Positions 1 to 10,022 are shown, counted from the first letter of the stretch. The stretch is DNA of 64,000 nt from an uncultured Gammaproteobacteria bacterium (GCA_964649615.1 CAZYPW010000002.1:66969-130968); one strand, 5' to 3'. A program made the numbers and translations. The notes: generated by a model not told the origin, from the sequence alone.

Positions 1-2
1 CA

Positions 3-287
3 TCAAAAAATATCAGGATAATTTATGATAATGAAAAACCTACCTTAGAAGTTAGCGAACCCGAGGATGGCAAAACTATCCAGGGGGATAGAAAAATTAA
101 GATTACTGGAAAAACAGAGCCGGAAGTAAAAGTTTTTATCAATAGCAACCAGGTGATCGTAGATAAAGAAGGTAATTTTGCAAAGGATTTTGAGCTAAAT
201 GATGGAGAAAATAATTTTGAAATTAAGGCTGTGGATCAAGCATCGAATTCCACAGAAATTTCAAGAAAGGTTAATTTTATACCTTAA
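3..287 (+). CDS. 3' fragment of a protein running into the window (C-terminal ~95 aa). The segment is beta-rich and Ig-like/adhesin-like (…KPTLEVSEPEDGKTIQGD…NFEIKAVDQASNSTEI…).
   Basis: An open frame from the window edge to TAA at 285-287 with no start codon in the window. The composition resembles bacterial Ig-like/S-layer repeat ends. Confidence 0.4.
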   Translation, partial: SKNIRIIYDNEKPTLEVSEPEDGKTIQGDRKIKITGKTEPEVKVFINSNQVIVDKEGNFAKDFELNDGENNFEIKAVDQASNSTEISRKVNFIP

Positions 288-317
288 GATCCTTCGCTTC
301 GCTCAGGATGACAGTTG

Positions 318-1379
318 TCAACTTACCCAATACCCACTCACGAAAAGTGCTGTTAACAGCCCCAGAAAAATTAATCCAAAAACTGAATAGCCAATTTTGA
401 TAAATTTATTTTCTATTAAAGAGAGTGTAATAAATAGCGGGAAAACAGAAAGCACAAAACGTGGCATAGATGTTAAAGATGAAGTAAATAAGGGTAACAA
501 AATGGATAGCAATCCAAAAACACAATAAGATAGGGGTAAAAATCTAAATGACCTTAAGATTAAACCCAAACCAAAGATAGTTGCTGTCAAGTCTAGTATG
601 ATCATGTAATTAGATCCACTTACTAAGCCTTTGAGCAGAGCATTTATTCCCTCCCACAAACTAACTCCTGGAATTGATAGCTGCCTTTGCCAATAGCTCT
701 CTGCAGTTAAAAAATAAAATGGGTCTGATGTTTGAATAAACAAATACCAGCAGTAAATAAAAAACCCCAGTGGTGAAAGCAACACAAACCAGTTTTTCTT
801 GTTTATTCCGCCTCTTAATTGAACTTCTAAAAGCAAAGCAAAAACTACAGCTAGTCCTGTAATTCTGGTCGATGAAACAAGCATTACAGCTACGGTAGCC
901 CAAAAAAGTTTGCCCTGCCTCAAAAAATAAAATGCCAGAATTGTTAAAAGAAAAAATAAGCTTTCTGAGTATGCTGCTAAAAAGAAAAAGGAGGTGGGGA
1001 AAAATAGTAAAAACAGTACAGCAGTTTCAGCTAATTTTTTAGAGAAATCTTTTGCAATTAATTTAAAAAATAAATGTAAACTCAAATATATGCAAGAAAA
1101 ATTTATTAAAATGGCGCTATAGATATAATTATTAATAAACTTATTTAACAGATTTATTAAAATAGGATAGAGTGGGAAAAAAGCATATTGAAATTTTTCG
1201 CTGTAACCATGTTGGGCAATTGAAATAAAATGCCCGCCATCCCAATAAGCTAAAGTATTAATAAACCCTGGTGAAAATTTGCCTGATGGGGGAACGCTAA
1301 AAAGAGCAAAATTTACAACTGCTGCTAGGGCAATTACCCAGATCAAAAAAATAATGTTTATGTTAGGATATAAACTCAT
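318..1379 (-). CDS. Polytopic membrane protein, putative GT-C glycosyltransferase (PIG-V/mannosyltransferase-like motif YWDGGHFISIAQHGY)
   Basis: A 353-aa ORF with about 9-10 hydrophobic segments. It carries the W-D-x-x-H-F-x-x-I-A-x-x-G-Y motif typical of the PIG-V/GT76-like mannosyltransferase family. The 5' end overlaps the divergent neighbour, so the true start may be internal. Confidence 0.45.
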   Translation of the reverse strand: MSLYPNINIIFLIWVIALAAVVNFALFSVPPSGKFSPGFINTLAYWDGGHFISIAQHGYSEKFQYAFFPLYPILINLLNKFINNYIYSAILINFSCIYLSLHLFFKLIAKDFSKKLAETAVLFLLFFPTSFFFLAAYSESLFFLLTILAFYFLRQGKLFWATVAVMLVSSTRITGLAVVFALLLEVQLRGGINKKNWFVLLSPLGFFIYCWYLFIQTSDPFYFLTAESYWQRQLSIPGVSLWEGINALLKGLVSGSNYMIILDLTATIFGLGLILRSFRFLPLSYCVFGLLSILLPLFTSSLTSMPRFVLSVFPLFITLSLIENKFIKIGYSVFGLIFLGLLTALFVSGYWVS

Positions 1380-2541
1380 AATGGGCGTTTTCTTAATTTT
1401 GATTCTAACACTGGCAATTGTTTGTGGTCAATTAATCAGAATACCTCTGGGAAATGGGGCTGTTACTTCCATAGATTTAGCAGTTATATTGTTTTCCGCA
1501 TTTTTGGCTTTTAAGAATAAATTTCATTTTAATAATACTCCCCTTTTTTTAAAATTCTTTTTTTTATTTATCCTAATTGGCTTAATATCTTCTTTTTTTA
1601 CTCCTTTAAAATTAGCTTCCAATGAATTTTTAAATGGTTTTTTTTACCTGATCAGGCTGTTATTTTTTGTAGTCTTTCTGCTATTTTTGTTATCTGATAA
1701 TTCTAAATTTATAAAAATTAAAGTAGCCAATATTTTAATTTTTTCTGGTGTTGCTCTTTCTATTTTAGGAATTATGCAATTTATTTTTTTCCCAGACTTG
1801 GGGATATTATCCAATCAAGGTTGGGACCCGCACTTTTTTAGAACAGTTTCCACCTTTTTAGATCCCAACTTTGCAGGAGCATACTTTGTTTTAACTCTAC
1901 TCGTCATATCCCACCTCCGAGGTGAAAATAGGATGACACCTAGGGTTTTTTATATCATATTTGCTATTGTTTATCTTGCACTCCTTACTACATTTTCCAG
2001 AAGTAGTTATTTAATGTTTTTAGTAGTTGGGCTTAGTTTTTCTTATTTTCAAAAAAGTAAAAAGCTAGCTACATTTATACTAATACTTTTTGTAATTTTA
2101 CTATTATCCTTCCAAATATATACTCAAGTTGTAGCAAAGCCAAGAAACATTAGCAGGGAAGAGTCAGCTTCTTTTAGGTTAAACGCCTGGCAGCAGGGAT
2201 TAACCATTTTTCAAAAATTCCCAATTTTAGGAGTTGGGTATAACAATTATAGATATGCCATCTCTGAATATAAACTTGGTGACAATCAGTTTATTGAAAG
2301 CCATGGTTCTTCCAGTAATGATTCCTCATTACTTTTTGTGGCAGCCACCACAGGTATATTTGGCCTGATAGTTTATCTTCTTTTTTTAATTTCTTTATTT
2401 CAGTTTGGGCTAATTAATAATAATTTTGTTTTAACTTCATCTATCATCGGTCTTTTAGTGCACTCTATCTTTGCCAATAGTTTATTCTACCCCCCCATAC
2501 TGCTTTGGCTTTTCCTTAAATCTGCTGATACAAAAAGTTAA
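1354..2541 (+). CDS. O-antigen ligase/polymerase-like (Wzy_C domain) polytopic membrane protein
   Basis: A multi-TM protein with a periplasmic loop motif RLNAWQQGLTIFQKFPILGVGYNNY, the Wzy_C signature. The start was moved to the internal ATG at 1354, because the track start at 1279 overlaps the divergent gene. Confidence 0.55.
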   Translation: MFMLGYKLIMGVFLILILTLAIVCGQLIRIPLGNGAVTSIDLAVILFSAFLAFKNKFHFNNTPLFLKFFFLFILIGLISSFFTPLKLASNEFLNGFFYLIRLLFFVVFLLFLLSDNSKFIKIKVANILIFSGVALSILGIMQFIFFPDLGILSNQGWDPHFFRTVSTFLDPNFAGAYFVLTLLVISHLRGENRMTPRVFYIIFAIVYLALLTTFSRSSYLMFLVVGLSFSYFQKSKKLATFILILFVILLLSFQIYTQVVAKPRNISREESASFRLNAWQQGLTIFQKFPILGVGYNNYRYAISEYKLGDNQFIESHGSSSNDSSLLFVAATTGIFGLIVYLLFLISLFQFGLINNNFVLTSSIIGLLVHSIFANSLFYPPILLWLFLKSADTKS

Positions 2542-2630
2542 TCTTTGGCTGTTAAACTTATATCGACGTATACTATGTACCCACTTACCTCCCACACCAG
2601 GTGTGTACTAGGTAGACACCTAAGGATTAG

Positions 2631-2703
2631 TGGAGTCATGTGGGCTCGAACCACAGGCCTCTTCAATGTGAATGAAGCGCTCTACCAACTGAGCTATAAC
2701 TCC
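2631..2703 (-). tRNA. tRNA-Val (anticodon CAC), 73 nt, CCA not encoded
   Basis: The reverse complement folds by hand into a cloverleaf. The acceptor stem is GGAGTTA/TGACTCC, the D-arm GCTC-AGTTGGTA-GAGC, the anticodon stem CTTCA/TGAAG with loop TTCACAT, and the T-arm TGTGG-TTCGAGC-CCACA. The track ORF 2545..2760 overlaps it and is spurious. Confidence 0.85.
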
Positions 2704-2759
2704 AACCCAATAAATTTTACCACCCTACCTCTTGCTTCACAACCTAAATTTTTGAGATA

Positions 2760-3353
2760 ATGAGCCTCATGGATGAGGTAAATTATTATGGGGCTGAAGG
2801 TGAAAGTTTTTTTGAAAAATTTCGGAACCATATCATAGACTTTATCCAAACTTTAGTGGTTGTCGGGGCAATTTTTGCCTTAATTTATTTGTTTGTAGCC
2901 CAACCACACAAAGTCTCAGGCAGATCCATGGTACCAACCTTTATGGATGGAGATTATATATTTACAGACAAACTTAGCTTTAGATTAAGAGAACCTACTC
3001 ATGGAGACATTATTGTCTTAAAAAACCCCCGTGATGAAAGCCAGGATTTTATTAAAAGGATAATTGTCGTGCCTGGGGATACTATCAAAGTTGAAAATAA
3101 TTCTATATATGTAAATGGGCAAAAGCTTAATGAAGATTATCTTCCTAAAGCTACTCCCACCAGATCTGGATCTTTTCTAAATGAGGGTGTGGAGATTACT
3201 GCAGGTCCTAATCAATATTTTGTAATTGGTGATAACAGGGAACATTCTTCAGATTCAAGGGAATGGGGAGGAGTTACTAAGGAAGAAATTGTGGGAAGGG
3301 TCTTTTTTAGGTATTTTCCCCTAAATTCCTTTGGTTTAGTTAAGAATCCTTAA
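2760..3353 (+). CDS. lepB: Signal peptidase I
   Basis: N-terminal TM, then SPase I boxes GRSMVPTF, GDIIVLK, KRIIVVPGDT and FVIGDNREHSSDSREWG. Confidence 0.9.
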   Translation: MSLMDEVNYYGAEGESFFEKFRNHIIDFIQTLVVVGAIFALIYLFVAQPHKVSGRSMVPTFMDGDYIFTDKLSFRLREPTHGDIIVLKNPRDESQDFIKRIIVVPGDTIKVENNSIYVNGQKLNEDYLPKATPTRSGSFLNEGVEITAGPNQYFVIGDNREHSSDSREWGGVTKEEIVGRVFFRYFPLNSFGLVKNP

Positions 3354-4194
3354 GCCTAAAATAACCTAAGATAGCCTCATGAATATCATGCAATAAAACA
3401 GTAGTTTTTTCAGTATTCCCATCAAATTTAAGTTCTAATTTAGCATTTTTTCCTGTTTGAATACATTTTACAAATGCCTTATCTGCCCTTTGGGATAAAA
3501 CATTGCTCAAATCATCCCTTACCTTATCCCATTCTTCAGAAATAATATGCATCATGGCAGCATCTGCTCCTTTTCTTGGGCCAAGTCCCTCTTTTGCCCG
3601 GAGTCTTCTTACCATCTCCTCAGTCCCTCTTACAGATAAGTTTCTTTTTAAAACTTCTTTATAGGCATTGATTATAAAGTGCGGATCTTCTAAGGCTGCC
3701 AAGGCCCTGGCATGACCCTCAGAAGTTGCCCCAGACATCAAAGCATCTTTTAGGGCATCTGGCAAAGTTAACAACTTGATGGTATTAGAAATATAAGAAG
3801 GGCTTTTAGAGACTCTTCCTGCAATTTCTGAATTCCCTAAACCAAATTCCTCCATTAATCTTTGATAAGCTTGGGCGCGTTCTAGTGGGTTTAAATCAAT
3901 CCTTTGCACATTTTCTACAATGGCCATCTCCAGCATTCCCTGGGGAGAAGTTTCACGAATAATTACAGGCACTTTAGGTAACCCCACCACTTTAGATGCT
4001 CTCCATCTTCTCTCTCCTGCAATTATTTGAAAACCAGCAGGGGTTTTGGCAACCACTATTGGCTCCAAAACTCCATGTGTCCTGATTGATTCAACGAGCT
4101 CTGACAGCGACTCTGGAGTAATTAATCCCCTGGGCTGAAGTGGGTTTGGCTGCAAAAGGTCTATCTCTAATTCGTAAATCTGTTCCTGATCCAT
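3340..4194 (-). CDS. parB: ParB/Spo0J-family partition protein (CTPase-type N-terminal domain)
   Basis: ParB box motifs LQPNPLQPRG and GERRWRASK, followed by an HTH. No parA was seen adjacent. Confidence 0.8.
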   Translation of the reverse strand: MDQEQIYELEIDLLQPNPLQPRGLITPESLSELVESIRTHGVLEPIVVAKTPAGFQIIAGERRWRASKVVGLPKVPVIIRETSPQGMLEMAIVENVQRIDLNPLERAQAYQRLMEEFGLGNSEIAGRVSKSPSYISNTIKLLTLPDALKDALMSGATSEGHARALAALEDPHFIINAYKEVLKRNLSVRGTEEMVRRLRAKEGLGPRKGADAAMMHIISEEWDKVRDDLSNVLSQRADKAFVKCIQTGKNAKLELKFDGNTEKTTVLLHDIHEAILGYFRLKDS

Positions 4195-4197
4195 ATT

Positions 4198-4443
4198 TTA
4201 AGAAACACTAATCACTGTTTTACTTAATTTCCTTTTGAATTCTACTTTACCAGAAGAGATGGCAAAGATGGTGTAATCATTTCCCTGTTTGGTGCCTTTA
4301 CCCGAATAAAATTTGTTTCCTTTTTGTCGTACTAGAATGTTTCCGGATACTACTTTTTGGCCACCAGATTTCTTAACACCCAAGCGTTTTGAAACAGAAT
4401 CTCTATTTTTTCTAGTGCTTCCTCCACCTGTTTTATGTGCCAT
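4198..4443 (-). CDS. rpmA: 50S ribosomal protein L27
   Basis: MAHKTGGGSTRKNRDS…, the canonical L27 N-terminus; 81 aa. Confidence 0.95.
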   Translation of the reverse strand: MAHKTGGGSTRKNRDSVSKRLGVKKSGGQKVVSGNILVRQKGNKFYSGKGTKQGNDYTIFAISSGKVEFKRKLSKTVISVS

Positions 4444-4468
4444 AGTTTTGTTGGGTAGATTTTACCTG

Positions 4469-4552
4469 CTGTGAAAAATAAAATCAATACTTCAGCTTCG
4501 TTCAGTATTGATACTGAGCGTAGTCGAATGTATCAATCCTTATTTTTCACAG
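4469..4552 (-). promoter_or_regulatory. Intercistronic structured element between rplU and rpmA. A 13-bp perfect inverted repeat (CTGTGAAAAATAA…TTATTTTTCACAG) encloses ~58 nt with an inner 8-bp stem (ATCAATAC/GTATTGAT).
   Basis: Read directly from the sequence. The right arm lies in the last codons of rplU, and the structure spans the rplU stop and the 90-nt spacer before rpmA. Confidence 0.4.
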
Positions 4553-4841
4553 ACCAGACTAATTTTGAATATTTTGGCCTAATACCCACAGTCCTTCTAT
4601 AGTTTGCTTTGGCATGAAACTTACTAACCCTTATTTTAGAACCTAATACCATAGATACAACTTCAAGAGTGATTTTATCCCTAAGGGTTGGTTTACCTAT
4701 TTTTACTCCCATCTTTTGGGATAGAAAAAGAACATCTGCTTCTATTTTACCAGTTATATTTAAGGAATCCACTGTAAATGGTATATTTGGGAAAATTTTA
4801 TATTGTTTACCTGATATGTTACAAATTGCGTATTCTTCCAC
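4533..4841 (-). CDS. rplU: 50S ribosomal protein L21
   Basis: A 102-aa protein with L21-like sequence, sitting immediately upstream of rpmA as in most bacteria. Confidence 0.9.
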   Translation of the reverse strand: MEEYAICNISGKQYKIFPNIPFTVDSLNITGKIEADVLFLSQKMGVKIGKPTLRDKITLEVVSMVLGSKIRVSKFHAKANYRRTVGIRPKYSKLVWSVKNKD

Positions 4842-4864
4842 AGAGAGAAATTTTACCTTAAAAT

Positions 4865-5938
4865 TTATTCCGGGTCAACCATCTTTCTAAATCTGGAGAT
4901 TCTAACGACAGATGCAGCTAATCCTAAAGAGATTAAAGTTGATACTAAAGAGCTTCCTCCATAAGAGATCAAAGGCAGAGTTATTCCAGTTATTGGCAAA
5001 AGCCCAATATTCATCCCGATATTTACAAAGGTTTGGAAAAAGAGCAGGCTCACAATACCTATACAAATCAAATAGCCAAACCCGTCATAAGATGATTGTG
5101 CCACCCTAAGCAGATACAAAAATAAAAAAGCATATAAAATAAGAATTAGAATTGATCCTATAAAACCTAATTCCTCGGCAATCGAGGCAAAGATAAAATC
5201 TGTTCTAAACTCTGGCAGGAATTGAAGCCTGGATTGGGTTCCCCTGCCTATTCCCCTGCCGGAAATTTCACCAGAACCTACTGCTATCATTGATTGGATA
5301 GCATTATACCCTCTACCTAAAGGGTCACTGCCCGGAGCCAAAAAACCAAATAATCTTTGCTTCTGATAATCATGAAGAGAAAACCATGAAAATGGAATAG
5401 TAAAGATAGCAATTAGCAGTAGGATGCTTAGTTTTTTAAAAGAAATTCTGGCTGCAATTAACATTCCAAACCAGATTGCTAAAATTGCTAAGGTAGAGCC
5501 TAAATCCGGCTGGTAAAATATTAGGAATACAGCAGGTAAGGTAAACAGCAAACTTTTTATAATATTTTTCCAGGTTGCTAAATTTTTTGACCAAAAGGAG
5601 GCTAAAAATAATATTAAAACAGGTTTAATAAACTCTGAAGGCTGAATATTAAAAAACCCCAAGGGAATCCACCGCAACGATCCTCTGGTTTCTATCCCGA
5701 TAATAAAAACTACTAACAGCAAAAATAAGGAAAAAAGATATATAGGCAATATAAAACTTCTAGTTGATCTATAATCAAAATTAGCAATTATTAAAAAAAA
5801 CAGAAATCCAAATATGGCAGAGATTGCCTGCAAAACTGCAAGCTCGCTTGATGATGAAAAAATTACTAAAATCCCGATAGACAGCAGCAGCGCACAAGTT
5901 ATAAAAATCTGCCAATTAATTAGACTTAAGATTTTCAT
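4865..5938 (-). CDS. rodA: SEDS-family peptidoglycan glycosyltransferase (RodA/FtsW-like)
   Basis: A 10-TM protein with SEDS motifs GRGIGRGTQSRLQFLPEFRTDFIF and PLISYGGSSLV. It is the second SEDS gene in the window, lying outside the dcw cluster. Confidence 0.8.
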   Translation of the reverse strand: MKILSLINWQIFITCALLLSIGILVIFSSSSELAVLQAISAIFGFLFFLIIANFDYRSTRSFILPIYLFSLFLLLVVFIIGIETRGSLRWIPLGFFNIQPSEFIKPVLILFLASFWSKNLATWKNIIKSLLFTLPAVFLIFYQPDLGSTLAILAIWFGMLIAARISFKKLSILLLIAIFTIPFSWFSLHDYQKQRLFGFLAPGSDPLGRGYNAIQSMIAVGSGEISGRGIGRGTQSRLQFLPEFRTDFIFASIAEELGFIGSILILILYAFLFLYLLRVAQSSYDGFGYLICIGIVSLLFFQTFVNIGMNIGLLPITGITLPLISYGGSSLVSTLISLGLAASVVRISRFRKMVDPE

Positions 5939-8759
5939 TGAATTTAATAACCTTTAACTGCTTACCTTTTTCAATAGAGATTGAAGCAGTCTGTTGCAAG
6001 ATCATTTTTTCAAATTTTTTGGGCCAACTTGGTAGCTTGATATCAGTTTTATCTCTTAAGGTTAAGTTTTGCTCTTTCCTCAATTGTTGAATTTGCCTAA
6101 TTAAATCTCTGGCCTCTCCTTCTTCTTTCAGTTCTGGTGTAATGCTGATATCTAACTCTACTTCTAATCCTTTCTCTGAATAATCTTGATATTCAACCTG
6201 TTTAACATTCAGTTCATCTGCTAATATTTTATCTAACTCCAAATCTAATTGGCTAGTTCCCCTGCAAATTATTTTGGCAAGTGGTTGCCTTAATTTTATG
6301 CCTGCTTCTTTCCTCATAGCATGTCCTAATTCAACAATTTTTCTAATAGTATCCATATTTTTAATTAAATCTTCTCTTAAAAGACTCTCATCTCCCTCTG
6401 GAAAAGAAGTAAGGTGAACAGATTCATCACCTGTTAAATTTTTGTAAATTTCTTCAGATATAAAGGGAGCAATGGGAGCTAGTAATTTAGAGTAGGTTAC
6501 TAAAACACCATATAGAACACTTAAGGCTCTATTTCTATCCTGTTCATTTTCTCCACTGATCCTATCTCTTGATCTTCTAATATACCAAGTCGATAGATCA
6601 TTTACTGCAAATTCACGCAAAAGTTTTACTGCATCAGCAGTATTATAATTTTCATAATTTTTCTTTAGATCTAAACTCAATTCTGTTAATTTAGCTAAAA
6701 TCCATTTATCTAAAATAGTTAGGTGTTCCTTTGACTCTTTTGCTTCTTTTGAATCACAATCCCAATTAAAAGTATTTGCATAATCAGTAAAATATTTATA
6801 ACTATTCCAAAGAATTAATAAAAACCCTCTAACTGCTTCAGGTACCCCTTCATTGGAAAAATTAACATCCTCCCCTTTCATCACAGGGGAACCTAATAAA
6901 TATACTCTTAAAGAATCTCCACCATATTTACCCATAACTTCTTTTGGATCAGGATAATTTCCAAAGTTTTTACTCATTTTTCTGCCATCAGTTCCCAACA
7001 TTACTCCTTCAACTAAAACATTTTTAAAAGCAGGGGAGTCAAATAAAGCTGTACCAATCACATGCAATACATAAAACCAGGCTCTAATTTGACCTGTGTA
7101 TTCAGCAATAAAATCAGGAGGGAAAAAATCTTCCAAATTAACATTTTTTTCAAATGGAAAATGTCTCTCAGCAAAAGAAGCAGAACCAGCTTCTATCCAA
7201 GAATCCAATACTTCTGGCACTCTCCTCACACTTTTGCCACAACTGGGACACTTTATCTCTACTTCATCAATATCTGGTTTATGTAAGTTGGTAATTTTTT
7301 TACCACTTAAGTTTTCTAACTCTTTAATAGATCCAGGAACAATCCTTTCTCCACAAACACATTCCCATACAGGCACTGGTGAACCCCAATATCTATTTCT
7401 GGAGATATTCCAATCTGGTGCTGCTTCCATGCTTTTAGCAAACCTTCCATATTTAAAATGCTTAGGAAACCAATTTATGGATTCATTATTTTTAAATAAT
7501 TGTGATTTTATTTTTTGCACATTTACATACCAAGCATCTTTAGGAGCATAAAAAAGTCTAGTGGCACATCTCCAACAATGAGGGACAGAGTGAGTATATT
7601 CATCAACTCTATATATTAACCCTCTGGAAGTTAAATCCTCAATTATTTTTTCATTTGCCTCTAAATAATTTAACCTGCCAAACTTTGGTACAAAATCTTC
7701 TATGATTCCCTCTTCATCCACATGAGTAACCAGCTGAATATTTTCTCTCTGCATCACCACTAAATCTTCCTCCCCATAAACAGCCAGGGTAACAATTCCT
7801 GTCCCCTCCTCTGCTGTCACAAAATCTCCACCTATTATTATAAATGCTAATTTATCTGGATCAATTTTGTAGAAAGTATAATGCGGTATAAATTCTTTAT
7901 TAATTAATTCACTGCCCTTAAATTCTGAAACTTTTTTATAATCTCCCTTAAGTATTTTTATAGTTGATTTTGCCAGAATATAATTTTCATTATTTTGTGA
8001 AATTTTTACGTAGGTTAATTTCGGGTTCACTGCCAAAGCAGGGGTAACTAATTTATTCCAGGGAGTGGTAGACCAGGCTAAAAGAAAAGTATCTTTCTCA
8101 TCTTTTAATTGATATTTATAAACAGCGGTTGCTTCTTTAACATCTTTATAGTTATCTGCATCCATAGCTACTTCAAAATTAGAAATCGGAGTAGCACAAT
8201 GGGGGCAATATAGAGAAACTCTAAGACCCTTATAAATTAATTCTTTGTCATACATCTGCTTAAAAACCCACATCACAGATTCCATGTAAGGCAAATCCCA
8301 GGTTTTATAAGCATTTTTAAAATCAACCCACCTACCTATATGATCTATATACCATTCCCATTCCTCCGATACATCATTTACATACTTTAAACATTCTTCA
8401 ATGAATCTTTTAACTCCTATCTTTTCTTCTATATCTCTTTTTCTTTTTATTTTCAGCTCTTTTTCAACTTTATTCTCAATAGGTAACCCATGTCCATCCC
8501 ATCCCCAAACCCTCCTTACCCTGTATCCTTTCATAGTCCAATATCTACCAAAAACATCTTTGGGTATAGAAGATAAAAGTGATCCATAATGAGGAGTTCC
8601 TGTAACAAAAGGCGGACCATCTAGAAATGTCCACTTTTTATCTTCCGGACGCGATTGGACAGACTTTTCAAAAATCTTATCTTCTTTCCAAAATTTAATA
8701 ATTTCTTCCTCAAGCTCAGCAAAGTTAACTTGTGATGAAACAGGTTTGAACTTACTCAT
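5916..8759 (-). CDS. ileS: Isoleucyl-tRNA synthetase
   Basis: A class I aaRS carrying PPFVTGTPHYGS (HIGH region, IleRS-type) and KMSKNFGN (KMSKS), plus Cys clusters (CPHCATP, CWRCATR). Its 947-aa length fits IleRS. Confidence 0.85.
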   Translation of the reverse strand: MSKFKPVSSQVNFAELEEEIIKFWKEDKIFEKSVQSRPEDKKWTFLDGPPFVTGTPHYGSLLSSIPKDVFGRYWTMKGYRVRRVWGWDGHGLPIENKVEKELKIKRKRDIEEKIGVKRFIEECLKYVNDVSEEWEWYIDHIGRWVDFKNAYKTWDLPYMESVMWVFKQMYDKELIYKGLRVSLYCPHCATPISNFEVAMDADNYKDVKEATAVYKYQLKDEKDTFLLAWSTTPWNKLVTPALAVNPKLTYVKISQNNENYILAKSTIKILKGDYKKVSEFKGSELINKEFIPHYTFYKIDPDKLAFIIIGGDFVTAEEGTGIVTLAVYGEEDLVVMQRENIQLVTHVDEEGIIEDFVPKFGRLNYLEANEKIIEDLTSRGLIYRVDEYTHSVPHCWRCATRLFYAPKDAWYVNVQKIKSQLFKNNESINWFPKHFKYGRFAKSMEAAPDWNISRNRYWGSPVPVWECVCGERIVPGSIKELENLSGKKITNLHKPDIDEVEIKCPSCGKSVRRVPEVLDSWIEAGSASFAERHFPFEKNVNLEDFFPPDFIAEYTGQIRAWFYVLHVIGTALFDSPAFKNVLVEGVMLGTDGRKMSKNFGNYPDPKEVMGKYGGDSLRVYLLGSPVMKGEDVNFSNEGVPEAVRGFLLILWNSYKYFTDYANTFNWDCDSKEAKESKEHLTILDKWILAKLTELSLDLKKNYENYNTADAVKLLREFAVNDLSTWYIRRSRDRISGENEQDRNRALSVLYGVLVTYSKLLAPIAPFISEEIYKNLTGDESVHLTSFPEGDESLLREDLIKNMDTIRKIVELGHAMRKEAGIKLRQPLAKIICRGTSQLDLELDKILADELNVKQVEYQDYSEKGLEVELDISITPELKEEGEARDLIRQIQQLRKEQNLTLRDKTDIKLPSWPKKFEKMILQQTASISIEKGKQLKVIKFNENLKSN

Positions 8760-8792
8760 AAAGGAAATTTTAACAGAAAAAATATCTTGAAG

Positions 8793-9953
8793 CTAGCGAT
8801 TACTTCTTAAAAATGCCGGGATCTCTAAATCCTCATCATCTTCTTCTACTTTTTGCTTATCTGCTACTGATTCTTCCTCAGCTTCTGAGGATTGGCTGAC
8901 CTGGATAGGCTCTGGTGTTTCCTCAGTTGTCCAACTAGATTGCTGTTGCATGGAAGCGCTGCCTATTCCTGTACCTATAAACTCTCTTAACCTTCTTCTG
9001 GTCTCATCAAAACCTGTAGCAATTACAGAGATTTTTACTTGATCCAGTTGATCTTCTTTAATTGTGGCACCAAAAATAATATTGGCATCAGGATCTGCAG
9101 CTTGAGCAATGATTTGGGCAGCTTCATTTACCTCAGACATTGAAAGATCTGCTCCTCCCACAATGTTGAATAAAACTCCTTTTGCTCCCTCAATGGAAAC
9201 CTCAAGCAGGGGAGAGGCAATAGCCATCCTGGCCGCCGCGGCGGCCCTATTTTCTCCTCCTGCCACTCCAATTCCCATTAAAGCAGAACCTGCACTGGAC
9301 ATAATAGCTTTAACATCTGCAAAATCTACATTAATTAAACCGGGCATAGTAATTAAATCAGAAATCCCCTGCACTCCCTGCCCTAAAACAGAATCAGCTA
9401 ATCTGAAAGCATCCTGTAAAGTAATGTTTTTATCAACTGTCTCAAGTAATCTTTGGTTAGGGATAACAATTAATGCATCCACTTTATCTTTTAATTTTTC
9501 TATCCCCTCTTCTGCTACCACCATTCTTCTGGTTCCCTCAAAAAGGAATGGTTTAGTTACCACAGCTACAGTTAAAGCACCCGCGGCTTTTGCAACAGCA
9601 GCTACAATAGGAATAGACCCCGTTCCGGTTCCACCTCCCATACCTGCTGTTAGAAAAACCATATCAGCATCAGACAGCACATCATCTAATTTTTGGGTAG
9701 ATTCTTCAGCTGCTTGTTTGCCTATCTCTGGATCCCCGCCTGAACCTAAACCTTTTGTCAGCATCTCCCCTATTTGTACTTTAGTCGGGGATTGGTTATT
9801 CATTAAAGCTTGGGCATCTGTATTTATAGCTACAAATTCCACTCCTCCTATTTGTTGGAGGACAATCATGGAGTTAATGGAGTTAGAGCCACCGCCACCC
9901 AATCCTACCACCTTAATCTTAGCAAATCTTTGAACATCTGGTTTTACTAGCAT
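8793..9953 (-). CDS. ftsZ: Cell division GTPase FtsZ
   Basis: The tubulin signature GGGTGTG and the N-terminal GLGGGGSN, with an acidic C-terminal tail. Confidence 0.95.
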   Translation of the reverse strand: MLVKPDVQRFAKIKVVGLGGGGSNSINSMIVLQQIGGVEFVAINTDAQALMNNQSPTKVQIGEMLTKGLGSGGDPEIGKQAAEESTQKLDDVLSDADMVFLTAGMGGGTGTGSIPIVAAVAKAAGALTVAVVTKPFLFEGTRRMVVAEEGIEKLKDKVDALIVIPNQRLLETVDKNITLQDAFRLADSVLGQGVQGISDLITMPGLINVDFADVKAIMSSAGSALMGIGVAGGENRAAAAARMAIASPLLEVSIEGAKGVLFNIVGGADLSMSEVNEAAQIIAQAADPDANIIFGATIKEDQLDQVKISVIATGFDETRRRLREFIGTGIGSASMQQQSSWTTEETPEPIQVSQSSEAEEESVADKQKVEEDDEDLEIPAFLRSNR

Positions 9954-10022
9954 AATTTCGAATTTGGACAGATTTTGACATATCTAAAACCATTAATCAA
10001 GCCCTTTTTTTAAAATCAAAAT

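Noticed and set aside
1279-1379. An apparent ~100-nt overlap of divergent coding 5' ends
   Set aside because: It most likely reflects the ORF finder choosing the longest frame. Internal start codons remove most of the overlap.
2545-2760. A 71-aa ORF on the plus strand
   Set aside because: It overlaps the minus-strand tRNA-Val (2631-2703) and has no protein-like features, so it is spurious.
9109-9933. A 274-aa ORF antisense to ftsZ (and similar antisense ORFs at 7096..7551, 10108..10419, 18371..18769 and 36233..36703)
   Set aside because: They lie entirely inside strongly supported genes on the other strand. They have low-complexity Ala/Pro/Ser-rich composition and no motifs. They are typical shadow ORFs.
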